A stretch of DNA of 63,582 nucleotides, the filler included, from Dicyema japonicum (taxonomy: Eukaryota > Animalia > Dicyemida): the NCBI GenBank assembly GCA_011109175.1. It is 5 parts of 5 records of this genome, joined end to end, with 100 filler letters (N's around TTAATTAATTAA, not from the genome) between each part and the next. Parts side by side here need not be neighbours in the genome. Positions count along the whole stretch, not along the records: positions 1 to 27,765 come from RDEW01000023.1; 4 more parts are not named here. One strand, written 5' to 3'. Numbering within the stretch: position 1 is the stretch's first letter; each line of letters begins with the position of its first letter. This document shows, one piece after another, positions 1 to 11,599 of the stretch. Both the position numbers and the translations under genes were made by a program. The notes beneath the pieces were generated by a model. That model was not told the DNA's origin. It saw only the letters and a list, made by a program, of their open reading frames with translations, and did no database searches.

Positions 1-18
1 GCGTTATCTACCACTCAC

Positions 19-406
19 TCAACACATTCACTTTGAACGACACGATCGGCCCGAACAGAGAGAACAGTTCTCCGAACGAGCTCGACTCAAAGTGCTTCGG
101 CAGCCCCTTCACGAACACGTTTCCCGCATTCGAGTCCTCCATTTTGCTGTACGGACGCGCCCACATCACTCGGATCGGCATCCCCTTTATTTTGTGGTGG
201 TTGTATCGCCCAATTGCCAGGTCCCCCGCCTCCGTGCTGTTGTAGATCACGAACGCGTATTTCGTGTTGTGCTTCTTCCGAGAAAACCTCAGTTTTAGTT
301 CCACGAACCCCTCAATTGTTTTTAGTTTATTTTCCAGCTCATTTAACGACACATTTATGTCAATATCCCCAATGTACAACGTGTAAGACGGACGAGATAC
401 AGCCAT
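19..406 (-). CDS. Divergent polyadenylate-binding protein-like RRM protein, first exon (RRM1 + start of RRM2); gene continues off the left edge
   Basis: YIGDID (RNP2), KYAFVIY (RNP1), IKGMPIRVMW and GNVFVKGL parallel PABP LYVGDL/GYAYVNF/IKGKPVRIMW/GNIFIKNL. ATG at 406. A GTGAGT donor at 18-13 precedes the apparent TAG. Confidence 0.75.
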
Positions 407-1070
407 GCTACACAACAATTATTCTATTTATTTAAATTATTGCACAATTATATTACATCTTATTTATTAGTATTCCCTTTTTCTCCATTCCATCTTTAAA
501 TCTTTATTTTTTTCACTGTAATAAATATTGTAGATAAAACATAAACTAGGAGAGTCACTAGTTTTTCATTTTTATTCACAATTTATTTGCGGTTTACTCA
601 AAAGTGCGTTTTCATGGGCCGAAATAGTGTTTATCCACCACACTCTGTTGTAGTCCATGCATGTTGTAGTTTGGAAGGTCGATTGAATAAGTACAATTCT
701 TCCTGGCAATTGGCCAGAAACCCAATTCTTTGTGCCTGAATCTGTCGGGCTCGATCCGGGACGACAACACGTTTGCGGATTATTTTCTAGAATTTTTTAA
801 TTGTTCTTTATTTCGTCAGTAGTTGTGCAAATATTGCCTAAACAAAATTGTCATTAAATGTACTGTTCAAAGAAGACTGTGTATACAAATGAGACTGCGA
901 GAAGAGGGAATAATAAATATACGGTCACCCTCGATTGGAACAGACTTCGAGGCTGGATAGAACGCTGTAAAGTTCTCGAGGTTTTTCAGCAATTACGGCT
1001 GCAGAATATCCCAGTTTAAGGCCCTCTTATTAAAAATTGATAATTTTACTTTTTCTTACATTGTCTAAAG

Positions 1071-1400
1071 CAATGGTTCTCAACGGTGGGCGATTCGCCC
1101 CCTAGGGGCCGATTTCTTTTGGTAGGGGGGCGATTTATTCTGCCAGGGGGGGCGATGGTTGATTGCTAATTAATAATATGATATTTTTATTATATTTTAT
1201 TTAAATTTCTAAGCGTGATTTCTAGTTATCTTTATGGGTCGTGTTTAAAAAAAAGTCAGAATGTATAAAGATGAATATATTTCTCTTGGATTTACTTTGT
1301 CTTCAAAGTGGTACAATCTTTTCGAATGAGGCAATAAAACCGTCTCGTTTGATTGAACATTTAAAGCGAAAACATCATAATTCAATTGGAAAAAATTTGG
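1071..1400 (+). mobile_element. Buster/Charlie-type hAT 5' end with BED-like transposase remnant
   Basis: TIR-like CAATGGTTCTCAAC after the NNNTANNN site gtctaaag. CLQSGTIFSNEAIKPSRLIEHLKRKH resembles ZBED8/SCAND3 N-termini. Confidence 0.7.
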
Positions 1401-1559
1401 CTGTTTGGTTGTTGGTTGTTGTTGTTTCTATTTTTATTATCCTTGTTTTCATTTCATTATTCTATCATTCCATTAACCTATCCTGTCGTTATCATTCTAT
1501 TAATCGTTCCTTTTTCTTTCGCTTTATTGCATTATTCTTTACATGCCAACTTGTTCCTC

Positions 1560-1690
1560 TTGTAAATCATTCAATTCCCGCAAGAAGGGCCGCTCGTGCT
1601 CCTCTTGCGACCTGTACTTCCATCTATCCTGCGTCGGGCTCTCCAGGGCCAGCTCGGCCGTTATCCAATGCTTTCAATTTTTTCGTTAAC
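1560..1690 (+). mobile_element. PHD-finger fragment, probably from a CRE-like retrotransposon N-terminus
   Basis: GC-rich island translating RSCSSCDLYFHLSCVGLSRASSAVIQ (CxxC..HxxC), similar to the PHD at 11200-11320. Confidence 0.45.
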
Positions 1691-1913
1691 GAAATGACCA
1701 TTAAGATCTTCGGATTGGTGTTCGCTAAAAACTTTATCCCAACAATTAATGATAGTTTCTGATGAAACCTCCGTCCATGCATCAGAAATCAATAATATAA
1801 CTTGACGCAAATTTATTTTCTTGAGGGACTCAATAAAAACTTCCCGATCGTCAGTGAAACATAAAAAATCTATGAATGTTGAATATGTAGAATAATGGTC
1901 CTTGAAAGATTTG

Positions 1914-2200
1914 CTAATTCCACAATCCAGTGGCTGTAGTAGGAGTTGTATTTTTAGGTAGGAAAAATAATTTTATGCTGGAGAATTCCAGATTATTATG
2001 TGAGCCAGCATCGTCCAATATCAAAATAATTTTCTCATTTTGTGATACAAAATGTTCATTAATCATGTGAAGCCAACATCTAAACACATCTTTTGTCATC
2101 GATCCATTTTTAGATAAAGAATAGACAAAACTATGGTATGATGGAAGGAAATTCTTGAAGAATTTCGAATTACGAAACTTTCAAATAATCAAAGGGTCTA
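1914..2200 (-). mobile_element. Tigger/pogo DDE_1 transposase fragment
   Basis: MTKDVFRCWL..QNEKIILILDDAGSH..IKLFFLPKNTT matches the DDE_1 consensus. Confidence 0.8.
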
Positions 2201-2589
2201 ACAAGCCCTAAAACATTGAATTGAGGCCCAATGAAGTTGGAACAAGGCATGAACTCAAATTCAAAATGCTTGCGAACGGAAAAAATTCCTTCGGGATAGA
2301 ATTCATTCCTTTTTGAAAATTTTTTGGAAATTTGATGAATATAGAAAAATAATCTTTTTAATCACGAGCTAGTGCAGACATAGAACAGAAATTTTTACCT
2401 AGAGGATTGTGGCGTTATGTACTCGTCATTCATGAGATAAATGCTACTCAGCTCTGTAAAGAATAAAAGCCCCACTACATGATATATATCGGAGCTAGCC
2501 AAAGTAGATTTGTATCTGGAAGATCAACTTCCGATGCCGTTTGGAGTCACAAATGGATGTGTGCATTATGTCAAAAAATATAAAGAGGA

Positions 2590-3150
2590 GTACACATAAT
2601 GGGAAATCGGCCTATCTAATGAATTTGACTCAATCAGCAGAGTCAAGATGATACAAATATTAACACCACAACACGAGGAGGATTGCATTCGAATAATTCG
2701 CTACTTACTCTCCTCCACTCAACTATTTATACAGTTGGGTAAACACAAATTCGGAGTATTTGGAACAAACAAGGGTACCCCCCAAGGAGACTCCATATCC
2801 CCGGTTTTGTTCATCGCATATCTGGAGGCAACCTTACGAGAGACCAGGAATAAAATCCCCAGGCATATAACAGAAGTTGTCTACGGAAATGACATTGATC
2901 TCACGATAACTGACCTCCAATTAGAAGGTATTGTGGAAAAATTGGCCGACACATTTGACAAATCGTTCCTAAAAATTAACCTTGAGAAAACAGAATATAC
3001 AATAGTTCGCCGATGCGAACATCGACGCGAGGAAAAATAGAGGTATATAAAGAAAGCTGGCACTCTTTTAGGAGATACAGAAGACATACTACGAAGAATA
3101 GTACCAGCAGCTTTCGTTCTTGAAAGACTCAGCAACGTGTGGCTACGAGG
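2590..3150 (+). mobile_element. Non-LTR (RTE-like) reverse transcriptase fragment
   Basis: GTPQGDSISPVLF, YGND (degenerate YADD), LKINLEKTEY. Confidence 0.8.
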
Positions 3151-3263
3151 TAAACAAATTTTTTATTTTAACAAGTAAATAGTGTTTATGGTTTCGCTTG
3201 TGCAAGCCACACAGTTTTTTTAAGAAGAAGAGAGTTAATTTTTTTTTTTAAAAAGGAAATCAA

Positions 3264-3578
3264 TTAATTCAGATTAGTCGCCGAGCGGATAGACAGGCAA
3301 TTTCCACGTAATATCGCGAGCGAAATCCGTTGGAAAAGCCAGCTCGTTTCGCGACTGTCGTGACTCCTCCTCGAGATGATTAAACCAATCTCTGAGAGGA
3401 GTTTGGTGGCTTTTTGGCCAATTATCCCACTGGTTTCAAAAGCCAGGGGGACGAAGCGACAAGTGTCGACCAAGGAAGCATACTTCGCGATTTTCTTGGT
3501 TTCAGCAAGACCGGAGGCAGACCCAGGGCGACAGGCAGAGTCCATGAGCGATGATGGCGAAAACGAGTCGACACAGGT
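3264..3578 (-). mobile_element. CRE-like retrotransposon 3' end (restriction-like endonuclease region) with A-tail
   Basis: TCVDSF..AETKKIAKY..FVPLAFETSG..WLFQRISLAILRGN. Closely similar to 47940-48040. Confidence 0.85.
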
Positions 3579-3579
3579 N

Positions 3580-3705
3580 ATAAAAGACATGTCTGAGAAT
3601 ATTGAAGAATTTGTTAATGGGAAACTCACTAATTGCACTTTTTCTATTCAGGTGGACGAATCGACAGATTTTACCTCCGAATCTCATCTTATTGCATTTG
3701 TCTGA
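3580..3705 (+). mobile_element. Buster-type hAT transposase fragment
   Basis: IKDMSENIEE..FSIQVDESTD..LIAFV (first catalytic Asp motif). Confidence 0.75.
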
Positions 3706-3711
3706 TTTTCT

Positions 3712-3797
3712 AAGCGTCTGAGGGAACTATCGAGGAACAGAGAGAACTGGAAGCAATTAACAAAACGCATCCAGGAGAGGGTGGCACGAGCGAGATA
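3712..3797 (+). mobile_element. RTE-like LINE 3' end
   Basis: Near-identical to 12550-12640 (LRELSR.R.NWK.LTKRI). Confidence 0.65.
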
Positions 3798-3828
3798 ACT
3801 TTGCTAACGTTGTTCTGCGGTGCGCTTT

Positions 3829-4140
3829 TTAATAATAAGTTTGTTTTACTGAAGATATAATTGAGTGAACTGAGTATTCTTTCAATTTTTTCACTTTGCG
3901 GATTCTATACTTCCTACAGAGATGCACGTGAATGCACCTCACAACTTCTGTATGTTTTCTGACATAACTGCTTCTAAGCTTTTTCTTACACTGGATTGCC
4001 AAGTGACCCACCGTTTTTTTGTTTTTCATACATTTGTTGCACAATGCACTCTTGGTTAAAACACCGGCTCCTATCTTGTAGTAGAAAATATAGTGCTTCA
4101 CTTCTGGGAGGAATTATTTCTTTCTTATAGCCAACTGCTT
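3829..4140 (-). mobile_element. R4-like RLE retrotransposon fragment (CCHC knuckle)
   Basis: CNKC..KTVGHLAIQC..Y.RKH.EVVRCIH..LCRKY..HS; same family as 11698-12400. Confidence 0.75.
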
Positions 4141-5178
4141 GATATTTCTACATCCATATTCTGTTCTTTCATGAATTTGAATAGTAGGGAATGAATTTAA
4201 GTATATTCTGAGGGAGACAAGCAACCGCCTGATTTTCATATCAATATTTTAAAATTCAAAAAGCTTGATGTTGATCAATCGAATTATATGACGACAGTGC
4301 TTATTCGTTTATGGCATAAAACAAATTTTCAGAGTTTAGTCTTGTTTGCAAAGATTAATTGTTCATTCTTTAACTTTCAATAGAATTGATTCCATAACTT
4401 CTCCGTTGAGTATATTGTCTTCTAACATCCTCTATGGATTTAAACATTCGTTTCCAAATTTTCAATCAGTAAATTGTTTCTTTTTAGTAATCATAGTAAT
4501 CATTAGGGCAACCACAAAGTTCAAAAATTGAAAAAATCAAAAATTGATTTCCTTTAAGTCAACAAAGTTGAATCAAAAAAAGACGAAAGTTGACTGTGAC
4601 ATACTATTTGGCGTTTTGCCATTTTAAAATGTCGGTCTTTTGCCAATATTATATGAAGAATTGAAAACGAACCTGACATTGGAATAGTTTGAAACTTTTT
4701 CAACAAAAATTCCATCTCGGTTAAAAATTTTCATAATTTCATTCTTTTCTCGATATATTCATTTTATTTTAAAGTATCTTCCTATAGATCGAATATTCTC
4801 AGAAAAATGTGATCTTTCTGGATATTAAAGTTAGTGAACTTAATATTACTAATAACATCAATAAATGGAGAATATTGATTCCATACTTCCTTAAAATGAT
4901 TGACAACTCTTCATTTTTATTGATTCCTTTCCTTTTCGAGTCAATATGATTTTGATTTTCAGCGAATTACATATTTCTAACATTCTGAGAAAATGTTCTA
5001 CGTAGTATTTGGTTGCTCGAAGTCGACTTTCCCCATTTAGTTACAATAGGTTCTGGAGGTAGTCATATTTCGGCAAACAGTTGCCTTCGACTACTGTTTT
5101 CGAGAACAAGTTATTTTTGGAGGCAATTAGGTTATCTACTAGAGGGTAATTTTGTTTTATCAAATTTACAATGGCTGT

Positions 5179-5491
5179 GCGACAACTCGCCAAATCCAAT
5201 ATGGCGACAACTCGCCAGATTTGTACCGGGCAAAAAACAAAAAATATATATCATTAAATACTTTTTATTCAATCTTAAATGACATTAAGCTATCAATTAG
5301 CTTAAAAAACAATCAATTTCAAATTCTTAAAAATTTTTGACTTACCAATTTGGTAAATCAATATTTTTTGCGCCTCTCTGACCAATAACAAATTCCAAAT
5401 CTTCCATAATAATCCTAAAAATTTTAAATTAAATTTTAAAATTTTCTAAATCTTTTTTTTAACCCCATAATTTGTTTCGGCGAGTTGTCGC
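5179..5491. repeat. Inverted/direct 13-mer repeats (GCGACAACTCGCC), MITE-like termini
   Basis: Direct copies at 5179 and 5204; inverted copy at 5479-5491. Confidence 0.6.
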
Positions 5492-5515
5492 AAAAAAACT
5501 GACAAAATTGTTGCT

Positions 5516-5607
5516 TTAAGATGGCAACACTCCCCCTGTGCGGCCTTCGGCCGCGAAGTTGCCTTAAGATGGCAACACTCCCCCTGTGCGGCCTTCGGCC
5601 GCGAAGT
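5516..5607. repeat. Two-copy 48-bp tandem repeat containing a GCGGCC-TTC-GGCCGC hairpin
   Basis: TTAAGATGGCAACACTCCCCCTGTGCGGCCTTCGGCCGCGAAGT at 5516 and 5564. Confidence 0.9.
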
Positions 5608-6847
5608 GTTTGATACTGAATTTAATTAAAATCTATTTTAAAAGATGACACTATTATATCAATTCTGACAGTTGTATAACTGTTATCATTGAACAGCTAA
5701 CTGTCTTGGGAAAATCACGTGATCAATAAAACATATTCACAAGTTAATCCTCAAAATTCTCTCAGTTCCTCTAAAACCTTCTCAAAAAATTCCCGACACA
5801 CAAATCCATTCAAAAATAAAATTCCTACTTCCTAAATTCTGTTGAGTAGTTTCTCTAACGAAAACGCTTTTTTCTTCCTAATGGGGTCCCTCAGTCATCT
5901 CCCTCAACTAATTCTTCAGTGAAATATCTAATCCTCTCTTATGTCGATGATATCATTTAATTAGCGAGGACTACCACCTTATAATATAATTTTACAACAA
6001 ACAAAAAACACTTCCGAATCAGACATAACATTTTACTGAATGAAATATACATCTTGTGTCAATTCCAACATTCCAAGCCTGTCCTGCCAGCTCTACTAGC
6101 AGTCTTTATGTCTCAGAATAAGTAAAAACAGCACAAATACTAAATGAATGGTCATCTCGACTGTTTTAGATATACATTCTTAACTAAACTTGTTCATTTG
6201 TTCAAATTCGGCTGCAAAAACGTTCTAATCAAGAAATTCTCTGCAGTTCATGTTGAGGAAGAACCAAGGAATATCCCGCTAATATTATTTTTGTATTATT
6301 GAAGCCTCATTTCTTTCGTCCTCATCTCGAACTAAAGACTTGATCGACTAAAAATGGGCTGGGTGGTTCTGAAATAAAGAAAGATGAAACGATTCTTTTT
6401 AGTTGCCTCTGATTAGTGACTCTTTGGGCAAGTTATAGTCGATTCCGATAAAAAATATTGGATTTATTGACGAAATCAGAATTTGCATTAAAATGAAATT
6501 TTAAGTAAAATATAGTTTGGACGACATTTTTACCACAGGCAACAGGAAAGCTATCGAAAAATTAAAAGAGGACGGAAGACTAAAGTTTTTATTATTAAAT
6601 TTATTTAAAATATTAAATTAATTAAAATTTAAATTATATTAAATTAAGTTATAAAAAAAGTTGAAATTAATTGTATTTGAACTTGGCCATTGAGTGTTTC
6701 TTATTTCCTATTATATTTACGTAAATATAAGCTCAATTTTAAATCTAAGAATATTATACCTTTTTACATTTAATATAAAAAATATTTAGTAATAATACAT
6801 TTTAATAATTAGTATAAATCCTCAATCATTCCCACCTAGTTTGTTCA

Positions 6848-8532
6848 ATGAGCACTGCCAAACCACGGAAAAAAAAACCCCAGAAATGAACATTTGCTCT
6901 GTATGTCACACTGGCGGGAACCTATTAGAGTGTAAAAAGTGCAAACGACTTTCCCACCAAGGATGCAGGTTACCTGACTCATGTTTCTCCTCTTAGGAAG
7001 AACTCCAGCAAGAAATAACCAACACAAAGAGATGGATTTGTGCTGAATGTTTGTCGAATAATCCTGAGGTGATTAAAACCTTCTATTCTACTAGAATGGA
7101 GGATTGTTTTCTAAAAACTAACAATTCAGCCACACTAACACGGATTTTGTCCTCCAGGGCTTCATTGAATGAGAATTTTAGTCAAAATTCTCGGCAAAAA
7201 GCTCAACTTTTCTTATGATGTCTCGGGTTGGTCCTCAGGAAAGGCTCAAACGAGTAGGTCCTGACCAACAAAAATGTCAAATTGGCCATCTTCCAACTTC
7301 CAATGCCCAGAACCTCTAATTCGTGAATATATCGACTCAGTGGACATCCGTCCTAAGGAAACACGGTCCCTTAAACGTATATAACTGAATTATGTCAAAG
7401 GAAACGGTCATTTAAAACGTCCTCGAGTCATTCGGAGGAATCCCAACTTGGAGGAAACCGCTGACTCAGTTTGTTACTTCTGTTCCAAGTCAGTCACCAA
7501 CTAAAATGACATAGGAACAGCCAATTGGGGGAGTTATATCGATGTGAATACTGTAATTTGTCATTTCATGGAGACTGTCTGGAGTGTGGGTATCCTCCAC
7601 CACGGAATAATGAAACGTGGATGTGTCCTCTCCATACTGAACATGTCGTGGTTGGCTGGTGACCCACAAGTCTTAGGATGCGTTATTTCCTACGAGAAGT
7701 ATCACAAAGAGGACTCAAAATATGAGGAAATATGCTCGTTGTCCTGTCGATGCAGACCAGGTGTGGAGAAGATTCAGAACTACAAGTCGTAATCCTGTAC
7801 CTCAGCCAGGAAGTGGGTCTCCCTACAAGGTGGACTTGATTTGAGTCCATGGTAGGTCCCCAAAGTCGTAAAGGCGATGTATAAAGTCCAACCACGTTTT
7901 TTGGACGAGGCTGAGAAAAGGAGATTAAAACCAGGAAATGACTGGAAGGGCAAAAAAGTGTCGTTATTTGATTAAAGAGAGCTCTACATTACTGCCATAT
8001 GAGAATGGTAAGTTAAAAAGGTCAAATTTAGTTTTAAAATGCTCGTCGGGGGCTTATCTGTTGTATTATGAACGTCCCGGCAATCTAACCCGGTTCTACC
8101 CGATCGAGGATGAACTGTCGATTGGGACTGGTTAGAATACTGTGTTTGTAATGATCAGAGGACAGTTGTTGTGGTCAGATTGGATAGATTATATCCTGAA
8201 TGTCGACGAATATCTCAAACTCACGCCTCAGTGTTTCACAACGCATACACGGACACATATGAACTAGTCAACTATAGTCGATTTGGGACAATTGTGGATA
8301 GGATTGCTTATTGCAACGGGCACTCACATGTGCTGCGTCGTTTATTTATTGTAGGATAAAAACGTGGGGTGTATGTGTACTCCTGAAGTAGAAGATGATT
8401 TGGGCGTTGAGGGAACGAGGAATCTGCACATATTCTTCACGGATCTTCCATCAGGGTTTATTATTCGGAGTTTATTGCTTAGATTGGATGCGGTGAATTT
8501 ATATTCTCCGTTTTGTCTACGAAACAAGTGAC
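6848..8532 (+). CDS. PHF12: PHD finger protein 12 (two PHD fingers + FHA-like domain), multi-exon
   Basis: PHD1 CSVCHTGGNLLECKKC..HQGC..WICAEC. PHD2 CYFC..CEYCNLSFHGDC..WMCPLHTEHVV (PHF12 WMCPNHIEHVV). VPKVVKAMY. FHA IGT..HASVFHNAYTDTYELVNYSRFGTIVD. Introns of 24-28 nt, e.g. 7489-7514. Ends are approximate and there are homopolymer frameshifts. Confidence 0.85.
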
Positions 8533-8698
8533 CTTGATTATTTTTATAATAATATTGCGTATTAATGACTGGTTGGATAGGCTATAAGATATTTTTTTTT
8601 TATTTTCCTGGAAGCAATGAGCTATATATTGATTTCAGCCTGCCTTTTAATTATTTTTCTTGATTATTTTATTTACGATAACTGAGATGGTTGATTAG

Positions 8699-10390
8699 TA
8701 GGGCAACCAAATGCTATAAAATGCTATTAAATATAATTTAATAAAAATACCATAAATAATAAATATGATAGTAATAAAATTATTTTGTTATATTTATTTA
8801 AATAAAAAATTTGCTATTTTTTGCTATTTTTTTTATAGTCTGCTATTATTTGCTATTTTTTAATTGTTATATTTAATTTTAATTTTTTTCATTGAAATAG
8901 ATTATTTTTAGCGTGTTTTTTATAATTCTTGTTATGAAAAAGAAAACAGCTTCTCAGAAGGCTCGATTTTTGGCCAAAAAATTTCCCGAATTTGTTATTA
9001 ATCCGGAAGGGAAATTATTTTGTTCTTATTGTTCTACAATCGTAAGATGCGATAAGAAATTTTCTGTTGACGCCCATCGTTTATCAAAAAACACGTTCAA
9101 ACACAAAGTATATGAAAAATATAACTTTAGATTCTATTCATTCATCCCAAAATGTACAGACATTTATTTCTAGTAAACATAATTGGGCTTTGACGGTCAC
9201 AAGAACATTTCTAGAAGCCAATATACCTTTATATAAACTGAGGCATCCTTCCATAATACGCTTGTTTCAAAATGATACCTTTACTCTCCCTTCAGAATCT
9301 ACATGCAGGTCGTGTGTCAAAAAAATCTTTACAGATAAAATTAATCAAATTATGAATTCCTTAAGGTTTTGTTTTAAAGTAAATTGTAGTGGCGTATATG
9401 TTTCCATGGTCATTGATGAGGCTCAAATTAATGGGTCACGTTTTCTGGTATCCTTTGATGGGGAATATAGAATTTCCGAAAAAACTATATTTAATATCCT
9501 GCAAAAAAGTTAGACGATCCACCCACTGCTTCTAAAATTTGCGTTGAAGTCGATGAATTGATTAAAAATATGAACATTCACCGTGATAAATTTGTTTTGT
9601 TGGTTTCAGATGCAGCAAGATATATGACAGTGGTAAAAATTTAATTAATTTTTTAGCTGGAATATCATTAAAAATGATTTATCCAAATCTTTTTCATATA
9701 ACATGCGTATCTCATTTGCTTCATAATTGTGCTTTAAGAATAAAGTCACATTTTGGAGATGTGGATGAATTAATTTCAAGAATCAAAGCGGCAATAGTAA
9801 AAAATAGGGGACGGAAAGAAATGTTTTCAAAAATTGGGCAACCACCTGATGTGGTTGTCACAAGATGGGGTAGCTGGCTATCAGCAGCTAAATATTATTC
9901 GAAAATCTTCCTGAAGTCATTAAAATTGTATCAAATTTTAGTGGAGACGGAATATTAGTTAATAAGGTGAATATTTATATAATAATGATAGGCCAAAAAG
10001 TCAATTCTTTCCAGTAGTTTATTCGAAGATCTAACCACGATTGGAAGAAACTATTTAAAGATTATTGACTTAATTTTGAAAAGTGAAGATGAGGAATATT
10101 CGATGGAAAATGCATATGAAAAGTTAGATTCAATCATTTTTCATTCGGATCTGTGCAATATAAAAAATTATATTATAAAGAAACTAGAAAAAACAGGAAT
10201 ATCTGATATTCTCCATTTTTTCTAACAAGAACATTCCTCCAATAGTTTAATGCTAATTTGGCAAAAAGTAGCCCAAGTTCGTCATCTGTTGAAAGGGCAA
10301 TATCTCTTATTTCAAAAATTCTAACAACAGACAGGAATTATAAACCAGAAAATATTAATGATGATGTTGTTTCTTATTATAATAATTAAT
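8699..10390 (+). mobile_element. hAT-like (CGGBP1/DUF659-type) transposase gene with micro-introns; left TIR-like TAGGGCAACCA
   Basis: BED-like CSYC..H, ANIPLYKL, IDE, SDAARYM, HITCVSHLLH, VTRWGSWL, SSSVERA. Introns near 9366-9389, 9633-9656 and 9967-9991. Confidence 0.8.
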
Positions 10391-10504
10391 TTTGTAATTT
10401 TTTCTATAAATTAATTTTAAATTTTCCCTTTGAAGTTTAAAATTTCGNNNNNNNNNNNNNNNNNNNNNNNNNNNNNNNNNNNNNNNNNNNNNNNNNNNNN
10501 NNNN

Positions 10505-11335
10505 TCAGATGTCCCGGGCGGAGCCCGTCGGCTCCTCCGCTGCTACACGGTGCGAAAGAATGGATCCCGAAAGAAACATCATCATCCGAAAAAAGTAAAG
10601 GCGGCTGTTTGGCTGGATGTGGACAGACGCGTAGGTCCGCGGGTGACGGTGGATGTTTTTCGAGTAAAGACTCAAAGACTGACCGAGACGGGTTGAGTGG
10701 TCCATTGTCAGACGAAATAACTCTGAGGGCTGCCCGGACTCCGCCCTCGCTAAGTTTAGAATGGATAATTTTGCGTAAGCGGAGTTGTTGGGTTTCCGGG
10801 CTCTCATGTTTGCTACAATGAGACTGTTTGTGCGACTTTGATGATTGGAGTGGGGGTGAGTCTGGGAAGTACTCCCGAGCCATGAAGGAACGAATGCTTT
10901 TCTTCATTCGGGTGGCTAGAGACGTCGAATCCCGAACAGCATTTATAGGGCACCGAGAGCCCAGGGAGCAAAGCTCAGAAGACGGATCCAGTCCTGTTCG
11001 TCTTTAGACAAGATCGCAGTGTCAATGCAAGATGATAGAGCATCGGCCGCAGCAGCTCGAGCTGCCTTGGGGATCTTCACGGGGATGGTGCGGGATTTGC
11101 GTCTCTCCGAAATGAGCTTCAGCATGGAAACAGGGTCGGACGGCGCCCGGTCAGAAGAGTTTGGACGACATACAGGATTGCTTCGGACTATGCCCAGGCA
11201 TGAAGAACAGTTCCATGTGGAATTAGCGGACGTTGCTTTCTTGGTCATTTTGGCACAGGACATGTGGGAGGGATTCGAACAAGTTGCGCAGTAGATCCAA
11301 CGTTTACGACTGTTCGAAGTATTGCAAATGTACAA
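10505..11335 (-). mobile_element. CRE-like retrotransposon 5' part: PHD finger + RT N-terminus
   Basis: CATC..HMSC..WNCSSC; KIPKAAR; KLSEGGVRAALRVISS; LLEKHP; SSGGADGLRPGHL. Confidence 0.85.
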
Positions 11336-11599
11336 ATTTTCATTAGCTCACAAACACCACGTCAGTCCAATAGCAACGTGTTACAATCCAAATTAATCAG
11401 TTGAAAATTAATCAGTTGATAATTAACACTATTTAATTAAGATTCTCACTCCTAGTTTTTGGAGATCTCTCTCTTCTTTTTAGGGAGAGATTTTACTACT
11501 AGTTCCTCACTCTCTTTGCTTTCTATCTCTCCACGGGAAAATAAAAGGACCTCCTTACTCGGATTTAATTAGAATACTTAAATATTTATTTGTTCTCTC

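Noticed and set aside
6994-6996. In-frame TAG inside PHF12 PHD1
   Set aside because: It is the 3' end of a 28-nt GT-AG intron (6969-6996), which splices in frame if one G is restored at 6968-6969.
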